Positions 43,995 through 53,886 of a stretch of DNA of 64,000 nt are shown here, in pieces (the stretch's first letter is position 1; each line of letters starts with the position of its first letter). The notes beneath the pieces were generated by a model. The model searched no databases. It was not told where the DNA came from and was given only the letters and a program-made list of their open reading frames with translations. The translations under genes were made by a program, and so were the position numbers. This stretch comes from Vulcanimicrobiota bacterium (GTDB lineage Bacteria; Vulcanimicrobiota; Vulcanimicrobiia; Vulcanimicrobiales; Vulcanimicrobiaceae). The stretch lies in the NCBI GenBank assembly GCA_963723515.1, contig CAVRQT010000003.1:544001-608000 (forward strand), written 5' to 3'.

Positions 43995-44719
43995 CTCTCC
44001 AAGAGGCCGTGAAGCGTTCGCGCGTCGTGAATCGCCGCCGCTTTCGTATCGTTGTTGAAGTAGACGAATACGTCGCGCGCCTGGGCGGCTAGTTTCAAAA
44101 TGCGATCCCGCCATCGTCTCAGCACGCGTTTCGGATACGAGCCGGCGTAGAGCAATAGATATCCATGGAGGCGGACGTATGCGAGGTCCGGCGAGGTCAC
44201 GGTGTCGGGCGTTCGAAGCCGTGGATAGTCGTGAACGCAAAACGCCATATTGTGTTCTTTGAGAATCGCGTACGTTCGCGGAACGAACCACGTCTTGTTG
44301 CGGAACTCCACGACATATCTGAACGCGGCCGGTAATTTCCCAAGAAAAAGTTCGAGCCTGCGGTCGTCGCGCTCGAGATAAGGCGGAAATTGGCAGAGGA
44401 TTTGGGCCAGCTGGTCGGTCCGGAAGCACCGTACGCGGTTCATATAGTTAAGAATGAATTCGTCGAGGCGCGGGGCCAGTGTCTTGCGATGCGTGATCAG
44501 CCGGCTTAATTTGACTGTAAAGAGAAAGCCGTCGGGAACTGAAGCACACCACCGGGCAACCTGTTCTTCTTTGGGGAGCCGGTACGTCGTTGCGTTGAGT
44601 TCGACGGTGTCAAAGTGGTCGGCGTAGTACGTAAGCCACTTGCTTTGGGCAAGTCCCTTTGGGTAGAAACGCCGGCGCCAGTCGTCGTACACCCATCCGC
44701 TCGTCCCGATGCGGATCAA
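43991..44719 (-). CDS. DUF72 family protein
   Basis: RIGTSGW.Y..W, VELNATTY, ITH, QFPP, EFRN.TW, YVRLHG, VYFNND. Confidence 0.92.
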   Translation of the reverse strand: MIRIGTSGWVYDDWRRRFYPKGLAQSKWLTYYADHFDTVELNATTYRLPKEEQVARWCASVPDGFLFTVKLSRLITHRKTLAPRLDEFILNYMNRVRCFRTDQLAQILCQFPPYLERDDRRLELFLGKLPAAFRYVVEFRNKTWFVPRTYAILKEHNMAFCVHDYPRLRTPDTVTSPDLAYVRLHGYLLLYAGSYPKRVLRRWRDRILKLAAQARDVFVYFNNDTKAAAIHDARTLHGLLES

Positions 44720-44727
44720 AGAATTTT

Positions 44728-46029
44728 TTACGCGCCTCTGGCCATGAAGTAAAACATGCCGACGGCAGCGCCTCCCATCAACGCGAACGTCGCCCAGCCC
44801 CATGCGCGTGCCAACGGGGATGGAATCCACTGCCCCATGATGTCTTTGCGAGAGGCGATCCAAACGATCACCGCAATCAGCGGCACGGCCGCGATGCCGT
44901 TGAGGATTGCGGCCCAGAACAAGGCGCGAATCGCGTTGATGTGAAGCAAATTCATCCCAATGCCGATGACGATGCCGGCCGCGATGATCAGATAGAATTT
45001 CGGGGCGCGCCTCGGCGGTTCGCCCAGACCTTCTCGAAACTTAAAAGTCTGCGCCGCGATGTACGCGGATGAGCCCGCGAGGACCGGCACAGCAAGCATG
45101 CCGGTGCCGACCATGCCTAACGTGAATAGCAAATACGCAAATTGCCCAGCCAGGGGTCGGAGCGCTTCGGCGGCTTGTTGCGCGGTTCCGATATCGTGCC
45201 GGCCGTGAGCACCGAGCGTCGCGGCGGTGGTAACGATGATGAAAAAAGCAACGAGATTCGAGTAGACCATGCCGGTGTTGACATCGGTATGCATGTCTTT
45301 TACGGATTGCTCGTCAGTGCCGCGTCGGGAGGCCAGCGTCGTATGGCCGGCTTCCTTCTCTTCTTCGACGGTCAACGATGACTGCCAGAAAAAGAGGTAC
45401 GGGGTGATCGTCGTCCCGAGCACGCCGACCATCGTGGAGAGCCAGCCGGAATCGAGATGGACGTGTGGGATCGCGAACTGTGCGAGAACCGTCAGCCAAT
45501 GCGGATGGACGACAAAAGCTGTCACGATGTAGGCGAAGAGTGCGAGCGTGAGCCACTTGAAGATGCGCGCAATCATGCCGTAAGACAGCCATGTCTGCGC
45601 GGCAAGCAGCGCCACACCGAAGAAGAAGACCCAGAACTCCGGCGGCAGCGGCACGATTAGGTGCGTGGCATCGGCCATGCCGCCGATGTCTGCGCCGAGA
45701 TTGAACGTGTTTGCTGCGATCACCAGAATCGCTAGCGCGTAAGTCACCGTGATGGGCAACCGCCGGCGCATCACCGCAGCCAGTCCTTGACCGGTGACCA
45801 TTGAGATGCGCGCGCACATTCCTTGGATGACGGCCATCATCGGGGTTGAGATCAATGTGAGCCACAGCATTGAAAAGCCGGTGGCGGCACCGGCTACGGA
45901 ATATGTCGAGATTCCCGAAGGGTCATCATCGGCGGCGCCTGTGATGAGCCCCGGCCCAAGTACTTGAAAGAATCGAAAGATGCGAGCGCCGATGGTAGTG
46001 GGCCGTGCGGCGCGGGCCTCCGTTGTCAT
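44728..46029 (-). CDS. Nramp-family divalent metal transporter
   Basis: LGPGLITGAADDDPSGI, GTTITPYLFFWQ, multiple TM helices; ATG 46029 with an AGGGG RBS. Confidence 0.9.
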   Translation of the reverse strand: MTTEARAARPTTIGARIFRFFQVLGPGLITGAADDDPSGISTYSVAGAATGFSMLWLTLISTPMMAVIQGMCARISMVTGQGLAAVMRRRLPITVTYALAILVIAANTFNLGADIGGMADATHLIVPLPPEFWVFFFGVALLAAQTWLSYGMIARIFKWLTLALFAYIVTAFVVHPHWLTVLAQFAIPHVHLDSGWLSTMVGVLGTTITPYLFFWQSSLTVEEEKEAGHTTLASRRGTDEQSVKDMHTDVNTGMVYSNLVAFFIIVTTAATLGAHGRHDIGTAQQAAEALRPLAGQFAYLLFTLGMVGTGMLAVPVLAGSSAYIAAQTFKFREGLGEPPRRAPKFYLIIAAGIVIGIGMNLLHINAIRALFWAAILNGIAAVPLIAVIVWIASRKDIMGQWIPSPLARAWGWATFALMGGAAVGMFYFMARGA

Positions 46030-46151
46030 TGCCCCTAAAACTTCCCAAAGCCAAATATCCTCAAACGAAAGATCGCTGCTGTTCCGTCGAGCGAATAATG
46101 CATTGGTCGCAGCGATGAAGGTGGCGATTATGACAACCGGCCTTCCTATCG

Positions 46152-46178
46152 GGATAGGACGGCGAACGTTTTGGGTAT
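46152..46178 (+). promoter_or_regulatory. Possible SigB/SigF-type promoter
   Basis: GGATA-N16-GGGTAT upstream of the acidic peptide ORF. Confidence 0.4.
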
Positions 46179-46199
46179 GTGCGGCGGCAAGGAGGACCC

Positions 46200-46397
46200 A
46201 TGATGAGCGATATTGACGAACGCAGCAACCTCGAGAATGAGCCCGATACCGAGAACGGCGACGACGGCTTGAACGACGACGAAGAGAGTGGCGACGACAC
46301 GCAGTCGGCGGACGACTCGGTAGCAACGTCCGCAGCAGCACCCGATCCAGGTGAATCGGGACGCATGGACACGTCGCGCATTCGCTCCGTTATTTAG
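46200..46397 (+). CDS. 65-aa highly acidic peptide
   Basis: Strong AAGGAGG RBS; 20 of 65 residues are D/E; no Lys, Cys or aromatic residues. Confidence 0.75.
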   Translation: MMSDIDERSNLENEPDTENGDDGLNDDEESGDDTQSADDSVATSAAAPDPGESGRMDTSRIRSVI

Positions 46398-46452
46398 CGC
46401 ACAGGTTCTTATCGAGGCGGGGTTTGTCTTAAGCAACTCGAAAAACAAGGCG

Positions 46453-47601
46453 ATGCGCGGTCGAGTTCGCACACGCCTTGCCAAGCGCCTCATTCCGAAT
46501 TTCGCGCGCAGCGATGACGAGTTGCGCGCTTCTATTGCCGAACGCTGGGATTCGGACCGTTCTACGCCTTGGCGATGTTTTTTGGCGGACGTGGCCGAGC
46601 GCAACGTCGGCGAAGCATTGGAAGCACTCAGTGCGTTTCCGCTCTTCAAGCTAAACTATAGCGTAAAAACAAACCCGCGCGATGAGATGGTCGCGCTGAT
46701 GCATCGCAACGGCGTTCTCGCGGAATGCATTAGCGAAGGGGAGTGCGATCAAGCGCGCGAGCACGGTTATGAATGGCATGAGATCACCTACAATGGTCCG
46801 CGCCCGCTTCGGGATCGCAAGGTAAATGTAGCCTTCGCGGACTCCGTTGAGGCATTTTCGTTTTATGCGACGCGAGCGGACATGATGAACGTGCACGGCG
46901 TTCGCATGCGACCGCACACGATCCCATCACGCTTCGGCGTGAAACCGAGCGAACTGGAAGAGATCATTGAGATTGCGCGCGAAGGCGAAAACGTTGAACG
47001 CCTCGGCGTCTCATTCTTTAGCCGTCCAGAAGATTTTGCGCAACGACAGTGGTGCGATATCGCGGATGAAGTACTCGGCTATGCCGTTGAACTTGAATCG
47101 TTATCCGGCAAACCGGTAACGATCTTCGATGTCGGTGCCGGCTTCCCGGCGGATCAATGGCCGGAGCGGTTTGAGCGAGACTATGGCAACATTGCAGAAC
47201 TCGCGCCGCGGCGGCTGGCGAACTTGCAGCAGATCTATCTGGAGCCGGGTCAGGGGCTGGCGACGCCCGTGGAAGCGGTTTTCCTGCGGATCTTAGAGGT
47301 ACGGCAACGGGAGGACGGGAGCGAGATCGTCGTTGATGGCGGCCTGGCGAACCTCCCGCAGATCAAAGAACGCTCGCACCGCGTGTTCTGGGAAGGCCCC
47401 AACGGTTGGGTCAAACTGGAGGACGGGCGCGATCGGATCTACGGTTGTATCTGCATGGAGGAGGACGTCATCCGTCATGATGTTGCGTTGCCGGAGCAGA
47501 TTGCGGCGGGCGACGTGATCGCCGTCGCGGACGCCGGCTCCTACGATTCGAGCATGGCCTACGGCTTTGGCCTGGGCCAACCAACACCCCGCGACAGCTA
47601 A
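46453..47601 (+). CDS. Divergent PLP-dependent fold-type III (Orn/DAP/Arg) decarboxylase-like protein
   Basis: YSVKTN, YNGP, SRFG, DVGAGF, LEPGQ, VVDGG, CMEED, AGSYD. Start uncertain. Confidence 0.82.
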   Translation: MRGRVRTRLAKRLIPNFARSDDELRASIAERWDSDRSTPWRCFLADVAERNVGEALEALSAFPLFKLNYSVKTNPRDEMVALMHRNGVLAECISEGECDQAREHGYEWHEITYNGPRPLRDRKVNVAFADSVEAFSFYATRADMMNVHGVRMRPHTIPSRFGVKPSELEEIIEIAREGENVERLGVSFFSRPEDFAQRQWCDIADEVLGYAVELESLSGKPVTIFDVGAGFPADQWPERFERDYGNIAELAPRRLANLQQIYLEPGQGLATPVEAVFLRILEVRQREDGSEIVVDGGLANLPQIKERSHRVFWEGPNGWVKLEDGRDRIYGCICMEEDVIRHDVALPEQIAAGDVIAVADAGSYDSSMAYGFGLGQPTPRDS

Positions 47602-47636
47602 CTAGCCCCCTCAGCAGCTGCTTGCCTTGCCGGTCC

Positions 47637-47665
47637 TTGTCACAAAGGCCTGAGGGCGGTACAAT
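47637..47665 (+). promoter_or_regulatory. sigma70-type promoter of rpoC
   Basis: TTGTCA, 17-nt spacer, TACAAT. Confidence 0.78.
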
Positions 47666-47775
47666 ATCTTTCTGTGCTCTAGCGCCTGAAGCGACGGTGG
47701 GCCCTCCTACGACCCCGTGGGAATGTGCGCCCTGCGTAAGCCATGGTCCGGACGACGAGCACCGGAGTTCTCTTC

Positions 47776-50700
47776 TTGAACCTGATAGACGTTAACAATT
47801 TCGATGCGATGCGAATCGGTCTCGCTTCACCGGAACAGATTCGCGCTTGGTCTTTTGGCGAAGTAAAGAAACCCGAGACGATCAATTATCGCACGCTCAA
47901 ACCGGAGCGCGACGGCCTCTTCTGTGAAAAGATTTTCGGCCCGACTAAAGACTGGGAATGCCATTGCGGTAAGTACAAACGCATCCGTTTTAAGGGCATG
48001 ATCTGCGATCGCTGCGGCGTTGAGATCACGCGCGCCAAGGTGCGCCGCGAGCGAATGGGCCACATCGAGCTTGCCACGCCGGTGTCTCACATTTGGTACT
48101 TCAAGGGCGTGCCGTCACGGATCGGCATCCTTTTGGATATGTCGCCGCGCCAGCTTGAAAAAGTTATTTACTTCGCGGCCTACATCGTTATCGATCCGGG
48201 CAACACGTCGCTGCAAAAACGCGAAGTGCTCACCGAGCAAAAGTATCGCGAAGCGCGTGAAAAGTACGGCAGTAATTTCAAAGCCGGCATGGGCGCTGAA
48301 GCGGTCCGCGAGTTGCTGCGCGATCTCAATTTGCGCCGGATCCAAGAAGAGCTGCGCCGGGAATTCAAAGAGACGTCGGGCCAGAAGCGCCTGAAGGCGA
48401 TCAAGCGGCTTGAAGTCGTCGAGGCATTCTTGAATTCGGGAAACCGTCCGGAGTGGATGGTATTGGCAGCGGTGCCGGTCATCGCGCCGGAACTGCGCCC
48501 GATGGTTCAGCTCGACGGCGGGCGATTCGCCACCTCCGATTTAAACGATCTTTACCGCCGCGTCATCAACCGCAACAACCGACTAAAGCGGCTTCTCGAG
48601 CTCTCCGCTCCCGAAATCATCATCAAGAACGAGAAGCGGATGCTGCAAGAGGCGGTCGACGCGCTGATCGACAACGGCCGGCGCGGACGTCCCGTCACGG
48701 GTCCGAATAACCGTCCTCTGAAGTCGCTCAGCGATATATTAAAAGGTAAGCAAGGGCGCTTCCGTCAGAACTTGCTCGGCAAGCGCGTCGACTACTCGGG
48801 GCGTTCGGTCATCGTCGTCGGTCCGAACCTAAAATTGCATCAGTGCGGCTTGCCCAAAGAGATGGCGCTCGAGCTCTTCAAGCCGTTCGTGATGAAGAAG
48901 CTCGTCGATCGCGGTCAGGCGCACAATATCAAGAGCGCGAAGCGCATGGTCGAGCGCGTCCGTCCGGAAGTTTGGGACGTCCTCGATGAAGTGATTCGTG
49001 AGCATCCGGTGCTCTTGAACCGCGCGCCCACGCTGCATCGCCTCGGCATTCAGGCCTTTGAACCGGTTCTGGTTGAGGGCAAGGCAGTGCATCTGCATCC
49101 GCTCGTCTGCACGCCGTATAACGCCGACTTCGATGGCGACCAGATGGCCGTGCATCTGCCGCTTTCGGCCGGTGCGCAAGCGGAAGCTCGGATCTTAATG
49201 CTCTCTTCCAACAACATCTTGCTGCCGGCATACGGCAATCCGGTCTCGATTCCGACACAAGACATGGTGCTGGGACTCTATTATCTGACCTTCCAGCGCG
49301 AGCAGTACGAAGGTCCGGCAAAAGCCGAAATCATCGACGATTACGACAACAAGGTCCGTGCGCGTCTGGGCAACGGCAAAGCCTCGCGCAAGCGGAAAGG
49401 TTCACCGGCCGAAACGAACGGGCAGCGCATCGCGTCGTTCGTCGACACCGATGAAGTGATTACCGCTCATAACCTGCATGCCATCGGTTTGCAAGAGTGG
49501 ATCAACGTGCGCATCGATGGCGAGCTCATCAAGACGACCGCTGGTCGGGTGATCTTCAACAACGCATTTCCGGCAGATTGGAAGCACCCGTTTGTCAATG
49601 AGATCCTCGACAAAGGTTTTCTCAAGAAGTTGATCACCGATTGCTACCGTCAACACGGCAACGCGGAAACCGCGAAGTTGCTTGACGCTATCAAGGACCT
49701 GGGCTTCCACTATGCGACGCAATCCGGCACGACGGTCTCGATGAGCGACATCATCGTGCCCGAGCGCAAGCACGAGATCATCGAGCAAGCCCAAAAGGAA
49801 ATCGACGATCTGCATCAGCTCTTCAATCAGGGCTTCATCTCGAAAGACGAACAATACACTAAGACGATCGACATCTGGAGCGGCGCGAGCGATGAAGTCA
49901 CCGTCGAGATGCAAGCTTCACAAAACCCGCTCAATCCGGTCTTCATGATGGCCACTTCTGGAGCGCGTGGTTCGATAGCGCAGGTCAAGCAGCTGGGCGG
50001 TATGCGCGGCTTGATGAGCGATCCGTCGGGGCGCATCTTAGAGATTCCGGTTAAGGCCTCACTGAAAGAAGGCTTGACGGTTCTCGAGTACTTTATCTCG
50101 ACGCACGGGGCGCGGAAGGGCCTTGCCGACACGGCGCTGCGAACGGCAGATTCAGGCTATCTAACGCGGCGTCTCGTTGACGTCGCGCAAGACGTCATCA
50201 TTCGAGAAGAAGACTGCCGTACGACCCAAGGCATTACGGTGACCGACATTATGGTCGGCAAAGAGACGATCGAACCGCTCTACGACCGCATCATCGGCCG
50301 TCGCGCCGCTGAAGAGATTCGCTTAGAGCCCAAGAAGCCGACGACGGCCATCGTTAAGCGCAACGAGGAGATCGACGAAGAGAAGGCGCGCGCAATCATT
50401 GATGCCGGGATCAAGGCGGTCAAGATTCGCTCGGTTCTCACCTGCAAAGCACGCTACGGTGTCTGCTCTATGTGCTACGGCCGCAACCTGGCCACCGCAA
50501 ATAAAGTCGATATCGGTGAAGCCGTCGGGATCATTGCGGCGCAGTCGATCGGTGAACCGGGCACGCAGTTAACGCTGCGGACCTTCCATACGGGCGGCGT
50601 CGCAACAGAAGACATCATCACGGGTCTGCCGCGCGTCGAGGAAATCTTCGAAGCGCGCAAGCCCAAAGGCCAGGCGATCGTGAGCGAAGTCTCCGGTGCG

Positions 50701-51612
50701 GTCCGCTTTGGCGACGAAAAGAATAAGCGTATCGTCTTCGTCACCGACGAGAAGGGCGAAGAGCACGAATACGACGTGCCGTACGGCACCCATCTGCTCG
50801 CGAGCGAAGGCCAACGAGTCGAAGCCGGCGATCAGCTAAATGAAGGCTCGTTGAATCCGCACGACGTCTTGCGGATCAAGGGCCAGACCGCACTGCAAAA
50901 TTATCTCGTCGCAGAAGTGCAGAAGGTCTACCGTTCGCAAGGCGTCGACATCAACGACAAGCACATCGAAGTCATCGTTCGCGCGATGCTTCGCAAAGTG
51001 AAGGTCGTCGATGGCGGCGACACGCGCTTGCTGCCGGGCCAGGTCGTTGAGGCTTCGCACTTCAGCGAGCAGAACGAACGAATCGTCGCGCAAGGCGGCG
51101 ACAAGGCAACGGCAACTCCGGTGTTGCTCGGCGTCACGAAAGCATCGCTTGCGACGGAGTCATTCCTCTCAGCGGCGAGCTTCCAAGAGACGACGCGCGT
51201 TCTGACGGATGCGGCGATCAAAGGCAAGCACGACCCGCTGCTCGGGCTCAAGGAGAACGTCATCATCGGCAAACTGATTCCGGCCGGTACCGGGATGTCG
51301 CGTTATCGCAACGTGCAGATCGAACCGGAAGGACAGGATCTCGACGAGGAAGGCCACCCGCGCAATCAATATGCCGGGCTGGTGGAAGGCTTCGAGGGGA
51401 TGTCGGCGGACGATGCCGCGCTTGCGGAAATCGTGGGCGGTGACGGCGACGGCGTGCAAAAACTCGTCAGCGCGTACGATCGCAGCCGCGAACCGGCCAC
51501 GGTGCAGTACGAAGGCGAATACGAAGATAACGTCAATGTGCACGCACCGGCTCGCAAGACGCAGTACGATAAGTCAACGGCGGCCAAGGGCATCAACCCG
51601 GAAGACCTCTAG
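47776..51612 (+). CDS. rpoC: RNA polymerase beta' subunit
   Basis: KPETINYRT, Zn finger [48 protein letters not shown] start with a GGAG RBS (in-frame ATG also at 47743). Confidence 0.99.
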   Translation: MNLIDVNNFDAMRIGLASPEQIRAWSFGEVKKPETINYRTLKPERDGLFCEKIFGPTKDWECHCGKYKRIRFKGMICDRCGVEITRAKVRRERMGHIELATPVSHIWYFKGVPSRIGILLDMSPRQLEKVIYFAAYIVIDPGNTSLQKREVLTEQKYREAREKYGSNFKAGMGAEAVRELLRDLNLRRIQEELRREFKETSGQKRLKAIKRLEVVEAFLNSGNRPEWMVLAAVPVIAPELRPMVQLDGGRFATSDLNDLYRRVINRNNRLKRLLELSAPEIIIKNEKRMLQEAVDALIDNGRRGRPVTGPNNRPLKSLSDILKGKQGRFRQNLLGKRVDYSGRSVIVVGPNLKLHQCGLPKEMALELFKPFVMKKLVDRGQAHNIKSAKRMVERVRPEVWDVLDEVIREHPVLLNRAPTLHRLGIQAFEPVLVEGKAVHLHPLVCTPYNADFDGDQMAVHLPLSAGAQAEARILMLSSNNILLPAYGNPVSIPTQDMVLGLYYLTFQREQYEGPAKAEIIDDYDNKVRARLGNGKASRKRKGSPAETNGQRIASFVDTDEVITAHNLHAIGLQEWINVRIDGELIKTTAGRVIFNNAFPADWKHPFVNEILDKGFLKKLITDCYRQHGNAETAKLLDAIKDLGFHYATQSGTTVSMSDIIVPERKHEIIEQAQKEIDDLHQLFNQGFISKDEQYTKTIDIWSGASDEVTVEMQASQNPLNPVFMMATSGARGSIAQVKQLGGMRGLMSDPSGRILEIPVKASLKEGLTVLEYFISTHGARKGLADTALRTADSGYLTRRLVDVAQDVIIREEDCRTTQGITVTDIMVGKETIEPLYDRIIGRRAAEEIRLEPKKPTTAIVKRNEEIDEEKARAIIDAGIKAVKIRSVLTCKARYGVCSMCYGRNLATANKVDIGEAVGIIAAQSIGEPGTQLTLRTFHTGGVATEDIITGLPRVEEIFEARKPKGQAIVSEVSGAVRFGDEKNKRIVFVTDEKGEEHEYDVPYGTHLLASEGQRVEAGDQLNEGSLNPHDVLRIKGQTALQNYLVAEVQKVYRSQGVDINDKHIEVIVRAMLRKVKVVDGGDTRLLPGQVVEASHFSEQNERIVAQGGDKATATPVLLGVTKASLATESFLSAASFQETTRVLTDAAIKGKHDPLLGLKENVIIGKLIPAGTGMSRYRNVQIEPEGQDLDEEGHPRNQYAGLVEGFEGMSADDAALAEIVGGDGDGVQKLVSAYDRSREPATVQYEGEYEDNVNVHAPARKTQYDKSTAAKGINPEDL

Positions 51613-51635
51613 GGAGCGTCAATGCTCACAGCAAG

Positions 51636-51669
51636 AAGGCCCGCGCAACGTCGCGGGCCTTTTCGTTTT
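51636..51669 (+). terminator. Intrinsic terminator after rpoC
   Basis: AAGGCCCGCG-CAACGT-CGCGGGCCTT followed by TTCGTTTT. Confidence 0.88.
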
Positions 51670-51694
51670 CTTCCTCGCTGCGCGCTTTACAAAC

Positions 51695-51718
51695 TGTCAC
51701 GCTGAGCTTGTCGAAGCG
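51695..51718 (+). repeat. Single copy of a REP-like motif (CTGAGCTTGTCGAAG family)
   Basis: TGTCACGCTGAGCTTGTCGAAGCG, recalled as a widespread intergenic repeat; only one copy in this window. Confidence 0.55.
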
Positions 51719-51742
51719 CCTAAGTGCAGTCTTGCGCCGACT

Positions 51743-52657
51743 CTAAGGACGTGCTTCAGTATGCGTTTCGTCTTGCAGCGCACTCAATAGCGCAGTACGC
51801 TCGGTCTCCGCTAGCGCGCTGAGCGGCGGGAGAGTGCGCTGCCAGCTTTCGTCGCGCTCCGCAACCGCGGTCAAAAAACGGACCGATGGGATTAGTCCGT
51901 AACTTTCGACAGCCGCACGTCGGGAGCACAATTCGCGTTGAAAATCATCAGCGTTCGAATCGTTTGCGGCGTCCCAAAGCGCACGGGCTTTTTGCGGCCA
52001 TAAGCAGACAGTTCCCGAGATGCAGCCGGCGAGACCAAGGCGCCTAGCCGTCAGCAGATGGCACTCCGAGCTCGGGAAGATCGCCAGCTTGGGATGTTCT
52101 TGCAAGAGTAACTTCTCGAGCTCGAGATCATTTGAGCTGTCTTTGATTCCGACAATCACGCCGGGTAACTTGGCGATGAGGCGCCGGATCAGTTCCACGC
52201 TAAAGCTGATCCCTGACAGGCGCGGAAAATTGTAGAGGAAGATGCAATCGCGCGAGCGCTTCAGCGTATCGGCGATTGCGCAGTAGTAGCTCACGATGCC
52301 ATCGTCGTCGATCGTTGTCGTTAGACGAGGCGGCATGATGAGAGCAGCCGCGAAGCCCAGCGCCACGGCGTGCTGGGTCAGCTCAATCGCATCAGTTAGC
52401 GCAGCTGCGCTCGTACCAACCATAATGCGGTCGAGTGGAATACCCGATGCGGCGATCTTTTCCATAAAGTCGAGCCGCTGACGAACCGGCAAGGACAGCG
52501 CCTCGCCCGTTGTTCCCAACACATTCAAACTATGGCAACCCGCGTTCAGTAGCCCGCGATAATACGGGATCGCCTTTGCCGCATCAGGCTCAAGCCGCTC
52601 ATCGAGCGGCGTTAGCACAGCCGCGCATATGCCGAAAATGGAATGCGGCGTTGTCAC
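51743..52657 (-). CDS. Dihydrodipicolinate-synthase (DapA/NAL) family aldolase/dehydratase
   Basis: LGTTGE, LYNFP, GIKDSS; GTGA overlap with ProDH. Confidence 0.88.
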   Translation of the reverse strand: MTTPHSIFGICAAVLTPLDERLEPDAAKAIPYYRGLLNAGCHSLNVLGTTGEALSLPVRQRLDFMEKIAASGIPLDRIMVGTSAAALTDAIELTQHAVALGFAAALIMPPRLTTTIDDDGIVSYYCAIADTLKRSRDCIFLYNFPRLSGISFSVELIRRLIAKLPGVIVGIKDSSNDLELEKLLLQEHPKLAIFPSSECHLLTARRLGLAGCISGTVCLWPQKARALWDAANDSNADDFQRELCSRRAAVESYGLIPSVRFLTAVAERDESWQRTLPPLSALAETERTALLSALQDETHTEARP

Positions 52658-53586
52658 GTCGCGCCTACGACGTTTCTCAAAAAGAAGACCAGGTTGGCGG
52701 GACGTTCCGCCAGACGGCGCATCAGATAGGGAAACCAATAATGCCCATATGGAATGGCAAGCCGAACGCGGTAGCCTCTCGCCACCAATTCCTCGGCTAA
52801 GTGCGTCGAAATCCCATACAGCATCTGAAATTCAAAGCGATTTGGTGCGATGCGATGCTGCTTTACGAGCGCGATGGCTGCCTCCAGAATGTCGCGATCG
52901 TGCGTTGCGATTGCGGTGTAGTGTGCTCTCGGCAAAGCACTTCCCAAAAGCCGCATGTAGTTCATATCAACGTCGGCTTTTCGCTGGAACGCCGCGTTGG
53001 GCGGCTCGAGATACGCGCCTTTGACAATCCTCAAGTTCGGTTGCAGCGGAAGCAACGCCGTCAAGTCGTCAAGGCTTCGGTAGAGATACGACTGCAGGGC
53101 GAAACCGACATTATCGTGCCCGGCGGCGCGCAAGCGGCGATAGATCTCGAGCGTCTGGTCGACATAGGTGGACTGCTCCATATCGAGGCGCACGAAGTTC
53201 CCGAATTGTTGCGCTGCCGCCGCCACCGACGCCATATGCTGATAGCACAATCCTTTATCGACATTGAGTCCAAGATGCGTAGCCTTGAGCGCGATGGTGG
53301 AATCGACCCGGCGCTCGGCAATTTGGCGCAGTAACTCGCAGTACGCGCGTGCGGCCGCCAGAGCATCCCGCTCGTCGCGCGTGTCCTCCCCTAGGATGCC
53401 GGCGACTACACGAAAACCGGCAGCATTGGCGCGCCGCGCGACGGCAAGGAATTGCGCGATCGTATCGCCCGCCACAAATCGTGCCGCGCCGAGGCGCATG
53501 CCGTAACGCATAACCCAACGGCGGACGACGCGGCTATTCGCAGCGGTGAGAATTGCAGCACGTGGAAGGCGATTGAGAAGATCTAC
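52654..53586 (-). CDS. Monofunctional proline dehydrogenase
   Basis: RFVAG, LGE, RLDME, LQSYLYR, RIVKGAY, IATHD, EFQMLYG, YLMRRLAERP. Homologous N-terminus extends to 53586; first ATG is at 53511. Confidence 0.92.
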   Translation of the reverse strand, partial: VDLLNRLPRAAILTAANSRVVRRWVMRYGMRLGAARFVAGDTIAQFLAVARRANAAGFRVVAGILGEDTRDERDALAAARAYCELLRQIAERRVDSTIALKATHLGLNVDKGLCYQHMASVAAAAQQFGNFVRLDMEQSTYVDQTLEIYRRLRAAGHDNVGFALQSYLYRSLDDLTALLPLQPNLRIVKGAYLEPPNAAFQRKADVDMNYMRLLGSALPRAHYTAIATHDRDILEAAIALVKQHRIAPNRFEFQMLYGISTHLAEELVARGYRVRLAIPYGHYWFPYLMRRLAERPANLVFFLRNVVGAT

Positions 53587-53840
53587 CGAGGACGTCCGGC
53601 CTCGAGCCAGCGTGCGAAGAGCTCGAGTTGTTCCTGCGACCAGTAGGGACCGCCGATCGGCATGCGCGGCTCCTGATCGCCCGTCAAGAACTCATAGACG
53701 CTCTGCGCATTTGCCGCATCGGACATATAGTCATAATCGTCAAGCGCTACGCCCATAGGCGTCATGTGATCGAGATCGATCTCTCGAAACAACGGCTTGA
53801 TGTCTCGCTCGAAGGAGACGGAATCGTTGGAACTTTGCAT
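53583..53840 (-). CDS. Small hypothetical protein (SFERDIKPLF...MP..GP.W...LF..W)
   Basis: 85 aa, GAGGAAGG RBS, sits between the Rieske oxygenase and ProDH genes. Confidence 0.75.
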   Translation of the reverse strand: MQSSNDSVSFERDIKPLFREIDLDHMTPMGVALDDYDYMSDAANAQSVYEFLTGDQEPRMPIGGPYWSQEQLELFARWLEAGRPR

Positions 53841-53886
53841 GTTGGCCGACCTTCCTCTTTAGAGAGTATTCGCTTTCGAGCGAGCT

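Noticed and set aside
46200..46397. LysW/AmCP-type amino-group carrier protein
   Set aside because: The peptide is acidic but lacks the CxxC zinc ribbon and the C-terminal EDWGE motif, and no ATP-grasp ligase is nearby.
51743..52657. Calling this gene dapA (lysine biosynthesis)
   Set aside because: Only superfamily motifs are present; the context (ProDH, Rieske oxygenase) and its divergence suggest another function.
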